Virus record (IMG/VR): IMGVR_UViG_2974796119_000001 | Span: 1 to 64,000 of that record | Direction: 5' to 3' (one strand) | DNA: 64,000 nt | Source of the DNA: a virus | Lineage: Duplodnaviria; Caudoviricetes | Part shown: positions 46,101 through 54,888 of the stretch, in pieces | Numbering within the stretch: the first letter of the stretch is position 1 | Layout: each line of letters starts with the position of its first letter | Notes under the pieces: model-generated | What the model saw: only the letters and a program-made list of their open reading frames with translations | Database searches by the model: none | Told to the model about the DNA's origin: nothing | Position numbers and translations under genes: made by a program

Positions 46101-47556
46101 CAAAATCCTAAAAGATAAAGGCTTTAAAAACGCAGTAAATGTTACTAATAAAAAAAACGGTGACACAATATTAAATATTCTAAATTTTTACAAAGAAAGA
46201 GATTTAGAAAGAGGTGGCTACAGAGGTAGTCCTATTTTAGATGCACTTGCTAGAAATATATCAAGAAGTACTCTTGCATTAAAAACAAAAATTGGTGTTA
46301 CTCAGATGGTATCTTTTTTCAATGGTGGAATAGATATGCCACAATTGTCAGCTGTAGAATATGTAAAATACTATAACCCAGTAGAACTTGTAACAACAAT
46401 GCGTAAACTATTAAAAGAATCAGACTATCTTAAAAATAGATATGATGTTGATGGTATAGAAAACGCAATGACAGGATTATCAGCTATTGCAGCTAAATCA
46501 GAATTTTCATTACCTAATAATACACTTGAAGCTAATAGAAAAGCTGCATCAAGATTTGTAAATAAAGCTTTTAATTATGCTTTAGCAAATGTAAAATATG
46601 GTGATATGGTTGGTGTTACTGGTGCTGTTCCTGCATATTTAGCATGGAAAGACAAATACAAAAAACAAGGATTGTCAGAAGAAGCAGCAAATCAAAAAGC
46701 TTTAAAAAGGTTTGAAGCTTCAGTAGATAAATCACAACAAACAACATCTTCTTTTGGTAAATCACCTTTTCAGAAACACCCAGTAGGAAGATATTTTGCT
46801 ATGTTCGCCACGGCTCCTATTCAAAATATCCAAAACGCAAACCTTCATTGGAGAGAGCTTTACAGAAACTTAGCTAAAGAAGGTTCTGGAAAAGGAACAA
46901 ACTTTCAGCACATTATGGGTATTATGAATTATCAATTTGCCCAGCCAATGTTATATACTTATATATCTGGATTAATGGCAGGTAGTATAGCAACTGCATT
47001 AGGTTTTGGCGATGAAGAAGCAGATGATTTAGATAAGTCATTATTAAGTTCAGCTATATTAAGTAATTACGGTTCAGCTCCTATATTTGGTTCTATTGTG
47101 ACTAAAATAGTAGATATGTCTTTAGGTAAAGAATTTACTTTTGGTGGATTATTAAGTAGTGTACTTTTTAGCACAACCGATAAATTGAACGATAACTTCA
47201 ATAAGTGGATGAAAGCTAAAACAAAATCTTCTGCCGAAAAATATAAAGAAAAAACATTAAAACAAGTAGCTACTTTATTTCTTAGTATTCCTACAATGGC
47301 TACAGATACATACCTAGATTGGGATGAAATTTACTGGAATGATAATGTTGACCAATCAGTAAAAGTTCTTAAAGCAATGGGATATAGTGATTACTTAATA
47401 GAGCAATCATTAACTACTCGAATAAGTAAAGAATCTTCAGCAAAGAAAAAAAGAAAACAAGAAAAAAAGTTTAAAGCTTCAATTAAAAAATATGAAAAGA
47501 AAAAAACAAAAGTAAATCCATTGTTTAGGGTTGGTGGACCTAAAAACAAAAGATAA
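40108..47556 (+). CDS. Giant polyvalent ejection protein (GNAT + zincin metallopeptidase + LPD-like C-terminus)
   Basis: 2482 aa; IYVPTKSRGQGKAS GNAT motif; DTPIHEFGH HExxH; G/A-rich membrane-like segments. Confidence 0.8.
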   Translation: MGKQQTQPTYLSQEEYDKKLDTEISTLIDQDFGDEDIKLYGEDFKSRYAVKKKDEEVTSPDLQLDGEKDVTTSTSVGDQSIPTNGPTPEDIIQALRDTGYTDEQIKVQRESMQQEPLGTIKEPFKFEKEEQPLAERSGLPGFEGKVSAAEVDVDVSELQPQINFAQKEESLNAFKQLKDKGEISEEQYKNFEKIITDPTKKKIAEFEKLKEQYNPQRMIDLTNKFKESGVLSNQEIGSIDKEIDRKRRGDFTFLEKAKIALNFDSERNIKNININDRNSVVANAVRQKQADFMSGLDNDERLLFESYLVKRNEKLSESVKTAENFNDNIVKTALPSEVSKLRAYDAEMSKITSKPRNQLTQEDTQNYNELLTKRKQQEGVINSLGEQYEANRKTMLDNSDDLMQFNDELDLAKRDYSFYTNRVKAIDRGFQFLVENAVSFTGNTLVTIAKEVPRVRLAVGDEKLQKAQDIFNAWQINIAETKEKFEAGKGISKSFADVKGVKDFGTYVADLFTDQVPILATIYATGGAGLYTVAASSGGERTGQLLKEVKEGKKDYTQQEIIGNGLLYAGGEFIGERITLGIMNDYRRLLNTVNKSGAAKTSFREGFKNQIKGTIKGVSTANKEGLSEVYTEFFQLLADNAQLDEKRSSQFLESYVGGFVMGKGMHVAGTIPNMALGSYSKYANRQQVEKTTRQINEYQKVIAKGDLSDAIKLTYQKKITDLINKNENTINQSVDAIQNLDSSQLKEVTGINQQLIELQKALEKDNPKEVKDALGAEIKQLSDSKDKMLSSPQEQLEVLPDNGVALKEEASKILTKEKQDSGAKEFKISDTEIAFKAAELLNKQETEDAGIKVEKPKNDVSKSTMDFVEGLGVLKDVSAFVPKSIKVIVEDASAMIGETDNGNIFLETIYVPTKSRGQGKASKVLDSLTERADEQGKTIELVAAPMDATTDFNKLVKLYESKGFEKGPRFTEDTGNMIRKPKTDDAFSGIDIALAEAPTEVATEVVVPATPTPVKRTTEFKPEITVETKSNNYDVSIVNGELQIKAKLGEPKISTSERAKIVSEYINNTDFSKGPTASFEGKGSLSDTQQSQVIANESNNPLEIAQEIVRVQNASTERIQQLETTKDDAIANVLKSYALNKDAKKEVTDLGRYYTNKANKQKNPISIDKARELAQSELGAEVSFQEVLDFLENNPSIAQYNESLYESIPEIADLKNKFKELTGLEATDKILNKVVEKQGEVTEETTEETTEDTTDEVPFQLESKQTKIAGAELGGLVNRLKKTGLADDVRILSDAQAQKILSEIKSGEAVTQTPNGFIYNNIVYLNRAKVKIDTPIHEFGHLWSYYIKEINPDVYQKGLNLIENSEYHNDIKNNSLYDNLTEEQKLEEALAQAIGEKGVKILNEAKKSKFSTWFKNLFSKIAQGLGLRNISGKQLSEITLEKFTDLASAELLSGIEIVKGKAPKPTKSEIADVNQIDVIVSERQAIIKERQRLKELVNSKKTVTEAVKKELVKYINSQLDSQKLSQAGKSDVTRLLNTVRAAKTKTNLLRAFEQVNEVFTKLENKVLFKGINDILDKKLSKKESGRRKANLVTEEVETILRSVKENIKNIPKDVTVPAKRSTKNRINEYLVELFEKRDSILSKENQTDSDYIELESLVISIDILTGITAENSNTTNENFTESLGNLASIYENGRSQLKELRDQRKEQDQELIDDIINDVNPEGITTIKTEKEINAERKKITNGLNRLIFNAGSGWFTGNLDSIMSIISRRTGESPLTNLVSEMKSKETGKKRRTNLFSNRVNQAQVDLFGSLTKADIALNKINEVTVSRQAVGTDINTPKSQQELPFSNSQLLNLWMNNHNSKLQAGLEANGFDAKFFEKVNKVLPLKVKEYGESLFDIYDELHIEADQVYKEMNFHSMGKQDFYAGKVYRSDFETKPDELKIDSGNFSINSTGFGSQKERTANDKPIEASDVNTLVLRAIQETSHYVAFAEVHRKYAKILKDKGFKNAVNVTNKKNGDTILNILNFYKERDLERGGYRGSPILDALARNISRSTLALKTKIGVTQMVSFFNGGIDMPQLSAVEYVKYYNPVELVTTMRKLLKESDYLKNRYDVDGIENAMTGLSAIAAKSEFSLPNNTLEANRKAASRFVNKAFNYALANVKYGDMVGVTGAVPAYLAWKDKYKKQGLSEEAANQKALKRFEASVDKSQQTTSSFGKSPFQKHPVGRYFAMFATAPIQNIQNANLHWRELYRNLAKEGSGKGTNFQHIMGIMNYQFAQPMLYTYISGLMAGSIATALGFGDEEADDLDKSLLSSAILSNYGSAPIFGSIVTKIVDMSLGKEFTFGGLLSSVLFSTTDKLNDNFNKWMKAKTKSSAEKYKEKTLKQVATLFLSIPTMATDTYLDWDEIYWNDNVDQSVKVLKAMGYSDYLIEQSLTTRISKESSAKKKRKQEKKFKASIKKYEKKKTKVNPLFRVGGPKNKR

Positions 47557-47577
47557 ATAGAAATAAAAACAGAAATA

Positions 47578-47889
47578 ATGGTAAAAGAGTACAAGCAGCA
47601 ATTAAAAGATCACATTACAGCCTTAGAAAAAGGATATGATAACTTAATATTAATTCTAAAGGAAGATGTAGAAAAAGATGATGAAGGTAAAATAGCACTA
47701 AAAGATGATAAGATAAAAAGTTATGCTGATGGTATTCTTAAAGCAGCACAAGCTTCAGATGATTTTTTATTAAGAATTAAAACTAAAAAAACAGAACTTG
47801 AAGAATTAGAAAACGAAGGTGAACCTATTCCTAAAGAAAAAGATAAACCTAAAAACAGCCAGAACCCTATAAATAAACGCTTACAATAA
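47578..47889 (+). CDS. Probable terminase small subunit
   Basis: Helical 103-aa protein translationally coupled to TerL. Confidence 0.5.
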   Translation: MVKEYKQQLKDHITALEKGYDNLILILKEDVEKDDEGKIALKDDKIKSYADGILKAAQASDDFLLRIKTKKTELEELENEGEPIPKEKDKPKNSQNPINKRLQ

Positions 47890-50159
47890 TGGATAAAAGT
47901 TATAGAGACAGAATAGGTAAAAAGATTAATATTTCTGACATTGTTCCGTTAGACGTTTACAAAACAAAAAATGAAAAAAAATCATGGGAGTATAGAGAAT
48001 ACCCTCAGTACAATATAAACTTTATATGTATTTCTAAAGATGGTACTTTAGGTGAAATATGGAAAGTAGGTGATTTGTTTATTGGTCTTCCTTCTGTAGA
48101 GGGTAAAGAAATTATAAACGCAGGTAAACCCCCAAAAGAATCAAAATGGGTTAGAGAAAAACCACCAGTAGAGTTTCGTAAATTATGGTTTAAGTACAAG
48201 AGCGAAATGGGAGAAACACATCAATCAAAATCACCTGAAGTTCGTAAGCGTTTTGTTCAGGAGAGAAATGAATTAATAACTAAAAATATTGATTTTGTAA
48301 ATGGTGAATTTGACAAAAGAGAATATGGTTTATTTATAAAAATTGATGAAGAAGTTCACTACTTCACAGGTGAATATTGGATGTTCTTATCACACTATTA
48401 CCTTACTGAATCTAATATGTATGGTTTCTTTAGAACCGTAGCTATGGAAGCATTATGGCATTGGGAAGCTTGTAAAGCAGATACTAGAGTATGGGGAGAA
48501 ATTAGAGGAAAAGGACGTAGAACAAGTTGGAGTGTTGAAAGTTCTAGTATGGCCCTAAATGCTTTTACAATTACAAAATTCGCTAAAATACCTATTGTTT
48601 CAGAACGTAGTCAATTAGCAAAAGAACTATTTCAAGGTAAAATTGTAAGCTCATTTGAGTATTATCCTATTTATTTTAAGCCTTTAATTAATTTACCCAA
48701 TAGTAGTGTTTCTAGTAATTTAACAGTAGAATTTGAAACAGACGAAGCTGAAAGATCAGTTATAAATCATTATCCAACAAAAACAACAGCATACGATTCA
48801 ACAAAGGTTAAAAACATATCGATTAATGATGAAATTGGTAAATGGGAAAACGAATCTTTAATAGATTTTATATCAAGACACTCAAGATGCCATACGGAAG
48901 GAGGTGCTACCGGAAGATTTGGAAGTACTGCCGGAGAGTATGCAAACGGTGGAGGTGAGGAATTTGAGATTGAATTTATGTCAGCTAACGCAAATGAAAG
49001 AAATGCTTTAGGTAGAACAAAAAATGGTTTAGTATCATTCTTTATAGATGTTTGCTACACCATGACACAACCAGTAAGTTACTTTGATGAATGGGGTTAT
49101 TCTATAGTTAACGACCCAATTGAGCCAATAATTAATGAGCAGGGTAAATTAATATCTATTGGAGCTGTAACAGATTGGCAAATAGTACATGATGATTTAA
49201 AGAAAAGTGGTAAAAAGAAAGCTTATAATTCTTTTTTAAGAGATATGCCAAGAACATTAAACCACATGTTCACTAACGAAGGAGGTACAAATAATGATTT
49301 TGATATTAATAATTTAAACGAACATGAAAACTACCTTAAAAGTATTCCTAGCATTGAAATTAATGAAAAGATATTTAGAGGTAATTTAATTTTTGCAGGA
49401 GAAAAATTTAATTCACCTGTAATATGGAGGCCTAATGACAATGGTAGAATACAAACAACCTGGCTACCGGAAGAAGCATTACAAAACCAATCATATACTA
49501 AAGATTTTTATGGCAAAAAATTAAAGTTCCCATCAAATAACCATATTGGCTGTTTTGGAGTAGATAGTTATGATATATCTAAAACAGTTGACGATAATGG
49601 TTCAAACGGAGCAGTTGTGGGTTATAGTAAGTTCAATATGGCGGGCGCACCGTCAAATTCATTTTTTTTAAAATACCTACATAGACCAGATAAACGTGAT
49701 GATTTTTATGACGATACAATTTGCATGCTTCAATACTTCTCAATGTTTGCTTTGGTAGAAAATAACAAGCCAAGACTTTTAGAGTACATGAAAGACTACG
49801 GCTATAGAGGTTATTCAATGACTAGACCTGATAAAAAATGGAAAGATTTATCAGATTTCGAAAAAGAGCATGGAGGAATCCCCGCTTCAGCACAGACAAA
49901 TAAAGATTGTGCTAGTTTACACAAAGATTACATACTGGATTTTATAGGTCAAAACGTGGAAAAAGAATGTAATTGTTACTTTATAGACATGATTCAAGAA
50001 TGGAAAAAATTCGATGTAAACAAACGTAAGAAATTTGATTTAACCGTTGCAGGAGAATTAGCATTAATGGGCAGTCAATATAAAGTCAAACAAAGAAAGT
50101 CTTTAAATATTGGAGTTAATAATCGCACGAGTTTTTCGTTTAGCGACTTTGGAGCCTAA
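47889..50159 (+). CDS. terL: Terminase large subunit
   Basis: KGRRTSWS Walker A-like motif, INDEIGKW Walker B, GSTAG, RuvC-like FGVDSYD, LVENNK, KFDLTVA. Confidence 0.9.
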   Translation: MDKSYRDRIGKKINISDIVPLDVYKTKNEKKSWEYREYPQYNINFICISKDGTLGEIWKVGDLFIGLPSVEGKEIINAGKPPKESKWVREKPPVEFRKLWFKYKSEMGETHQSKSPEVRKRFVQERNELITKNIDFVNGEFDKREYGLFIKIDEEVHYFTGEYWMFLSHYYLTESNMYGFFRTVAMEALWHWEACKADTRVWGEIRGKGRRTSWSVESSSMALNAFTITKFAKIPIVSERSQLAKELFQGKIVSSFEYYPIYFKPLINLPNSSVSSNLTVEFETDEAERSVINHYPTKTTAYDSTKVKNISINDEIGKWENESLIDFISRHSRCHTEGGATGRFGSTAGEYANGGGEEFEIEFMSANANERNALGRTKNGLVSFFIDVCYTMTQPVSYFDEWGYSIVNDPIEPIINEQGKLISIGAVTDWQIVHDDLKKSGKKKAYNSFLRDMPRTLNHMFTNEGGTNNDFDINNLNEHENYLKSIPSIEINEKIFRGNLIFAGEKFNSPVIWRPNDNGRIQTTWLPEEALQNQSYTKDFYGKKLKFPSNNHIGCFGVDSYDISKTVDDNGSNGAVVGYSKFNMAGAPSNSFFLKYLHRPDKRDDFYDDTICMLQYFSMFALVENNKPRLLEYMKDYGYRGYSMTRPDKKWKDLSDFEKEHGGIPASAQTNKDCASLHKDYILDFIGQNVEKECNCYFIDMIQEWKKFDVNKRKKFDLTVAGELALMGSQYKVKQRKSLNIGVNNRTSFSFSDFGA

Positions 50160-50204
50160 TTTTACCAATAAAACCACTAAAAATAATTAATTAAAGTATT
50201 TTTA
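50160..50204 (+). promoter_or_regulatory. Late promoter
   Basis: TTTTACCAATA + TATTTTTA at 37 bp. Confidence 0.55.
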
Positions 50205-50208
50205 CGAT

Positions 50209-52674
50209 ATGATGAACGATTTATACGGAAATTTCCCAGACGATTTTGCTACAAATGCAGAAAAAGACAACCTATCTTTTGGTAAAGAGGTTGGTAAAGC
50301 TGCAGCTAGTTTGTGGTATAATGGTAAGTTGTCAGCAAGAAGAAAATGGATTACTGAAATGAGACAGTATTCCAGAGGAGAGCAAATGACTAACTATAAA
50401 GAAATGATAGAGGGTAGTCGAAAGAATGGGAAAATGGATATGAAAACCCATAAAATAGACTATGATCGTAAATTAAAAACACTTGCGGTTTTTAAAGATA
50501 TTGTTACAAATCAAATTGACGAATCTTTATTTAAACCTAGAGCTGAAGCCGTAAATAGAATAGCTGTAAATAAAAAGAAAGATTACTTTAAAAAACTAGA
50601 CGATGATTTTTACACTAAAGATATTGCATCTTTAATAAGTGGAGCTACAGGTGTTGATTTAGGTACTGATAATATGCCTAAAGACGAGCAAGATTTAAAG
50701 GTTAAAAAACTAGAATATAAACCAGACATTGAAATAGCTCAAGAATTAGCTATTGAAAATGTAATGAAGCATCAGAAATTCGAAGTCGTAAAAGATAGAA
50801 TGGATGAAGATTTATTTAATTTAGGTTTTGCAGTAGGAAGACACTACACAGATAATACCGAAGGCATAAAGCTTAAATATGTTGACCCTTATAATTATAT
50901 TCACACTTCATTTGAAATGGAAGATGGTAGAGATATACGGCTACATGGAGAATTAAATGAAGACACTATTTCTAATTTAGCTAAAATGGCAGGTGGTTTT
51001 TCTGAGGAACAATATTTAGCTTTAAAAAAATTAGCTTTAGGTAGAGATAAAGTTGAGACTTACAACGACAAAGAAGACGGAAATAGATTAATCGAATACA
51101 TATATTTTGCTTATGAATTACCAAAAAGTAAAATATTTAAAAAACTAAGAAAAAACAAGATTACAAAGTTAATAGACCGTACTTTAGATGGGTACGAACC
51201 TACAAACAAAAACAAAAAAGTAGAAATACCTTTTAATACATGGTATGAAGGTATGTATATTCCTCAAGCAGACATTATAGTAAAATGGAGCGAAATGGAA
51301 AACCAAGTAGAGGATAATATCAACAACCCGGTAAGTCCTTTTGTTGTTTATGCGCCAAATGTAAAGAGATTATCAGAAACAGGTACTACACGTTTTGATA
51401 GTATGGTTGAAAGAGCTATACCAATTGTAGATGATATTCAAAGAGACTGGTACAAGTTCCAACAATTAAAAATGGAATTAAGGCCAAACACTACTGAAAT
51501 CGATGTAGATGCTATTCAGAATGTAGCTTTAAACGGTCAAAAATTAGACCCAAAAGACGTATTGGATTTATTTTTTGGTAGAGGTTTATTACTTAAACAA
51601 AAATACGATGAAGATGGTGATGTTATTGAAAACGCAGTAAGAGAATCACCTTCCTCAGTTAATTACAATGCTATTCAGTTTTTATCAACAGAATTTACAA
51701 ACAATTACAATCGATTAAGACAGTTATTAGGTATAAACGAACTTAGAGACGGTACGACACAAACTAATACAAGAATGAGTGCTACGGTACAAAAATTACT
51801 TTTAGCTAGTTCTAATAACGCTACAAATCATATTGTAAAAGCTAGTTTCAGTATGTCGCTAATGTTTTCTCAGGCGGTATCATATAGATTATATGATGTA
51901 CTTAAAGAGCCTAGTTTAAAAAGTATGTATATGGACGTTATAGGTACTACCAACGTAGAGTTGTTAGATGCTATAAAAGAAATACCAATGCATAAATTTG
52001 GTATCTATTTTGATTTCAAACCAGATAACGAAGAAAGATTAGCTTTTGAACAATCATTGGTAAACGCATTAAATGGTCAAGAAATAAATAGCGCACAATA
52101 TAACAAAGCTAGACAGATTAGAAATGTTAAAAATGCGATTAGATATATTGAAATTGTTATTGAAGAAAATATTGAAAAAAAAGAACAGGCAAAACTTCAA
52201 AATATTCAAGCCCAAGCTCAGGCAAATGCTCAATCTACAGTTGTTGCAGAAAGAGCAAAACAAGCTACAGAACTTCAAAAATGGAACTTAATAAAACAAG
52301 AGCTTTTATTAAAGGATCAGCTAGAAGAACGAAAAGACAGAAGAAACGCTTTAAAAGATGATATTTTAGCAGAAAGAAAACATAGGAGAACTATGGAGAT
52401 AGAAGAAAAAAAGCTCCAAGCTTCAATGTCTTTAAATCAATACAAAGAAGATAAAAAAGACGATAGGATAAACCAAGTTGCTACTAACACTTCAGCAATT
52501 GTAGATCAAAAAGTAAACCAAAAACCGGCAATAGACTTCAAAAATCAAATAGATGATATATTTAGCTCTACAAGTCTAATAGATAATCAACCTCCTTTAT
52601 CAGAGCAGTTATCAGAAACACCTACAAATACAGGAGTGCAAGAGCAAATTACTGAAGTAGAAACAAATATTTAA
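50209..52674 (+). CDS. Portal protein (crAss-like)
   Basis: Follows TerL; YVDPYN.I, LLGINELRDG, long C-terminal coiled coil. Confidence 0.85.
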   Translation: MMNDLYGNFPDDFATNAEKDNLSFGKEVGKAAASLWYNGKLSARRKWITEMRQYSRGEQMTNYKEMIEGSRKNGKMDMKTHKIDYDRKLKTLAVFKDIVTNQIDESLFKPRAEAVNRIAVNKKKDYFKKLDDDFYTKDIASLISGATGVDLGTDNMPKDEQDLKVKKLEYKPDIEIAQELAIENVMKHQKFEVVKDRMDEDLFNLGFAVGRHYTDNTEGIKLKYVDPYNYIHTSFEMEDGRDIRLHGELNEDTISNLAKMAGGFSEEQYLALKKLALGRDKVETYNDKEDGNRLIEYIYFAYELPKSKIFKKLRKNKITKLIDRTLDGYEPTNKNKKVEIPFNTWYEGMYIPQADIIVKWSEMENQVEDNINNPVSPFVVYAPNVKRLSETGTTRFDSMVERAIPIVDDIQRDWYKFQQLKMELRPNTTEIDVDAIQNVALNGQKLDPKDVLDLFFGRGLLLKQKYDEDGDVIENAVRESPSSVNYNAIQFLSTEFTNNYNRLRQLLGINELRDGTTQTNTRMSATVQKLLLASSNNATNHIVKASFSMSLMFSQAVSYRLYDVLKEPSLKSMYMDVIGTTNVELLDAIKEIPMHKFGIYFDFKPDNEERLAFEQSLVNALNGQEINSAQYNKARQIRNVKNAIRYIEIVIEENIEKKEQAKLQNIQAQAQANAQSTVVAERAKQATELQKWNLIKQELLLKDQLEERKDRRNALKDDILAERKHRRTMEIEEKKLQASMSLNQYKEDKKDDRINQVATNTSAIVDQKVNQKPAIDFKNQIDDIFSSTSLIDNQPPLSEQLSETPTNTGVQEQITEVETNI

Positions 52675-52679
52675 ACCAA

Positions 52680-52714
52680 AAAAAACCCTATCATTACTAA
52701 TAATAGGGTTTTTT
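52680..52714 (+). terminator. Intrinsic terminator overlapping the next late promoter
   Basis: AAAAAACCCTAT..ATAGGGTTTTTT. Confidence 0.85.
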
Positions 52715-52736
52715 ACTTAATTATATTTTAAATTAG
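52692..52736 (+). promoter_or_regulatory. Late promoter
   Basis: CATTACTAATA + TAAATTAG at 37 bp. Confidence 0.65.
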
Positions 52737-52754
52737 CCGTAAATAGTAGAGATA

Positions 52755-52952
52755 ATGAGTGATAAATTAAAAAACATAATTACTAATGTTTTAGCATTAA
52801 TTTTTTTCGGAATAAGTGTTTGTTTTTTTTTAGATAAAGATTTGAAATTTAGCTTAATTGCTTTAGTTGTAGGATTATCTTTATTTGCTTATAAAGTAAG
52901 TGAGTCTAAGGTTTGGTTAGATAAGTTGTTTTATAAGATATTAAAAAAATAA
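52755..52952 (+). CDS. Two-TM small membrane protein (holin-like)
   Basis: Two hydrophobic helices and a basic C-terminus. Confidence 0.55.
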   Translation: MSDKLKNIITNVLALIFFGISVCFFLDKDLKFSLIALVVGLSLFAYKVSESKVWLDKLFYKILKK

Positions 52953-52956
52953 TAAA

Positions 52957-53727
52957 ATGGCTAAGATTAACAACGAAATTATATATGGTAAAAACCCATT
53001 ACCAAAACTAGAAGATACATTTATAGGTACTGATAAAGATGATTTTAAAAAAACAAAAACGTATTCTATTTCAGGAATTTTCAGTTTGTTTAATAACCTA
53101 ATAAATAATAAACTAAGCGGTTATAAATTTTCAGAATCAGACCCTAACATAACAAAAGCGGTATTTAGAAAAGAAATAGGGAATGTTTTAACTTTTAGTT
53201 ATTTAGATAACTTAGGTTTTAATAATAAAGACTTTTTCAAGAATTTATTATTAAACAAAGAGTTTATTCTTATTCAAATAAAATCTAATTCAAATGAATT
53301 TAGAATTTTTAAAATAATATCTGGTACAGAAAGTTTTTATTCTTTTCAATTCGAATTATCCCCTATAGGAACCTCTTCATTAAGTTCATTAATTTTAGAC
53401 ACGGATTACTCTTTCACTATATCTATAGGTTCAGCTTCAAAACTTGATTTTGATGAGTCTAATCCTTTAAGTTCAAAATACATAGAGAATAATCCATTTA
53501 TTAAGATAAATGGAAATCCTTTTAGATTAATAAAAAACCCTACAAATTCAGACCCCAGTAAAAAAACAACACTAGAATCAAACGACTTTATATCTAATGG
53601 ATTTTTTAATCCTACAACAATAGTTAAAAAAGCAAGATATGAAAGCGGTGACATAAATTCTATAGGTACGTTGCTAAATGATTTTGAAGATGGTAGTTTT
53701 AGAAACGTAGAATATGACACTCTTTAA
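52957..53727 (+). CDS. Tail fibre/hub-associated protein
   Basis: N-terminal domain is paralogous to that of 54889-56097. Confidence 0.6.
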   Translation: MAKINNEIIYGKNPLPKLEDTFIGTDKDDFKKTKTYSISGIFSLFNNLINNKLSGYKFSESDPNITKAVFRKEIGNVLTFSYLDNLGFNNKDFFKNLLLNKEFILIQIKSNSNEFRIFKIISGTESFYSFQFELSPIGTSSLSSLILDTDYSFTISIGSASKLDFDESNPLSSKYIENNPFIKINGNPFRLIKNPTNSDPSKKTTLESNDFISNGFFNPTTIVKKARYESGDINSIGTLLNDFEDGSFRNVEYDTL

Positions 53728-53752
53728 TATAAACAATTAAATACAATAAATT

Positions 53753-53998
53753 ATGAATTCAAATACTTCAAATGCAAATAATTGCGTTTTAATACCTTTC
53801 GGTAGCTTTACTGTTTATCGAACTAAGAAAAACCAAGAATTATACGGTGAAACAAAATGTCTTAACAAACCATTAGTAGGCGATATTGTAGTAGGTTTTG
53901 TTGAAAATGACTTTTTCACAGGTAAATACAAAGGAGGTGATTTTGATTTACAGTCAAGCTACGATGAACTTCAATCGCAAACAAACACAAATATTTAA
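53753..53998 (+). CDS. small tail-associated protein
   Basis: Position in the fibre cluster. Confidence 0.5.
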   Translation: MNSNTSNANNCVLIPFGSFTVYRTKKNQELYGETKCLNKPLVGDIVVGFVENDFFTGKYKGGDFDLQSSYDELQSQTNTNI

Positions 53999-54010
53999 AA
54001 AACAGAAAAC

Positions 54011-54859
54011 ATGAAGAAAATAATTTTAACATTATTATTGATAGTAATTTCATCATCTACTTTTGCCCAAAATATAACTAGATTACCGAAAAGAGTAAAA
54101 GTTGCCACATGGGTACCCGCTAGTTCAACAGATAAGATTGTATCAAAAGACCAAGAAGGATTCTTAAATGAAACACAAATAACTGTTCAGCAAATGACCG
54201 ATGCTATCAACGGAGGTGGTGCGCAAAACTTACAGCAAGTTACAAACGAAGGTTCAACAACTACCAATTCAATTACTAGAACAAGAGCAGGTTCAAGTAG
54301 ACTAAGTTCAGATGCGTTTATTATAAGAGATACAGGCTCTAATAGCACAGGTTCAATACTGTTTGATAACGATGGTAATGATTTTAGAATTTCTCAAAAT
54401 ACAAGTGGAGGTGAGATAGGTGCTACAAGTAGTTTGCGTTTTACTTATTCTAGTGGTTTTATACCGCAACCAATTGACATGCTTGTTTTAGGAACAAATA
54501 GCACTTCTTTAAATAACAACTTAACAATAAATTCAGCTAGTAATCAATTAAGGCTCTTTGATGTCTCAACAAATCGCGGTGTAACATTTAACGCTCAAAA
54601 TGTAGCTTCTAATGTTATCTTAGAAACACCAACGGAAAGTGGTAAATTAGCTTTAAAAAAAGATACAGTAGCTAAAATATCAGCAAACACAAGTTCTTCA
54701 GATACAAATGCTTCTTTAAACGCTGCATATCCAATAGCAGACAACCCTTTAGGTACAATGGTAGCACAAAAATTTGGATCAGGATTAAGCTCATCCACAA
54801 ATTTATACGTAAGAATCACCTCTACTGAATGGTTTAAGTTACCTGGTAGTAATCTATAA
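54011..54859 (+). CDS. Fibre-like protein with Sec signal peptide
   Basis: MKKIILTLLLIVISSSTFA-Q; LQQVTNEGSTTTN fibre motif. Confidence 0.6.
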   Translation: MKKIILTLLLIVISSSTFAQNITRLPKRVKVATWVPASSTDKIVSKDQEGFLNETQITVQQMTDAINGGGAQNLQQVTNEGSTTTNSITRTRAGSSRLSSDAFIIRDTGSNSTGSILFDNDGNDFRISQNTSGGEIGATSSLRFTYSSGFIPQPIDMLVLGTNSTSLNNNLTINSASNQLRLFDVSTNRGVTFNAQNVASNVILETPTESGKLALKKDTVAKISANTSSSDTNASLNAAYPIADNPLGTMVAQKFGSGLSSSTNLYVRITSTEWFKLPGSNL

Positions 54860-54888
54860 ATAAAGTATTCAATAAACAACAACTAGAC

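Noticed and set aside
40108-47556. Virion RNA polymerase as in crAss-like phages
   Set aside because: No DxDxD-type catalytic motif seen; GNAT and HExxH motifs fit a polyvalent protein; host-type promoters are used
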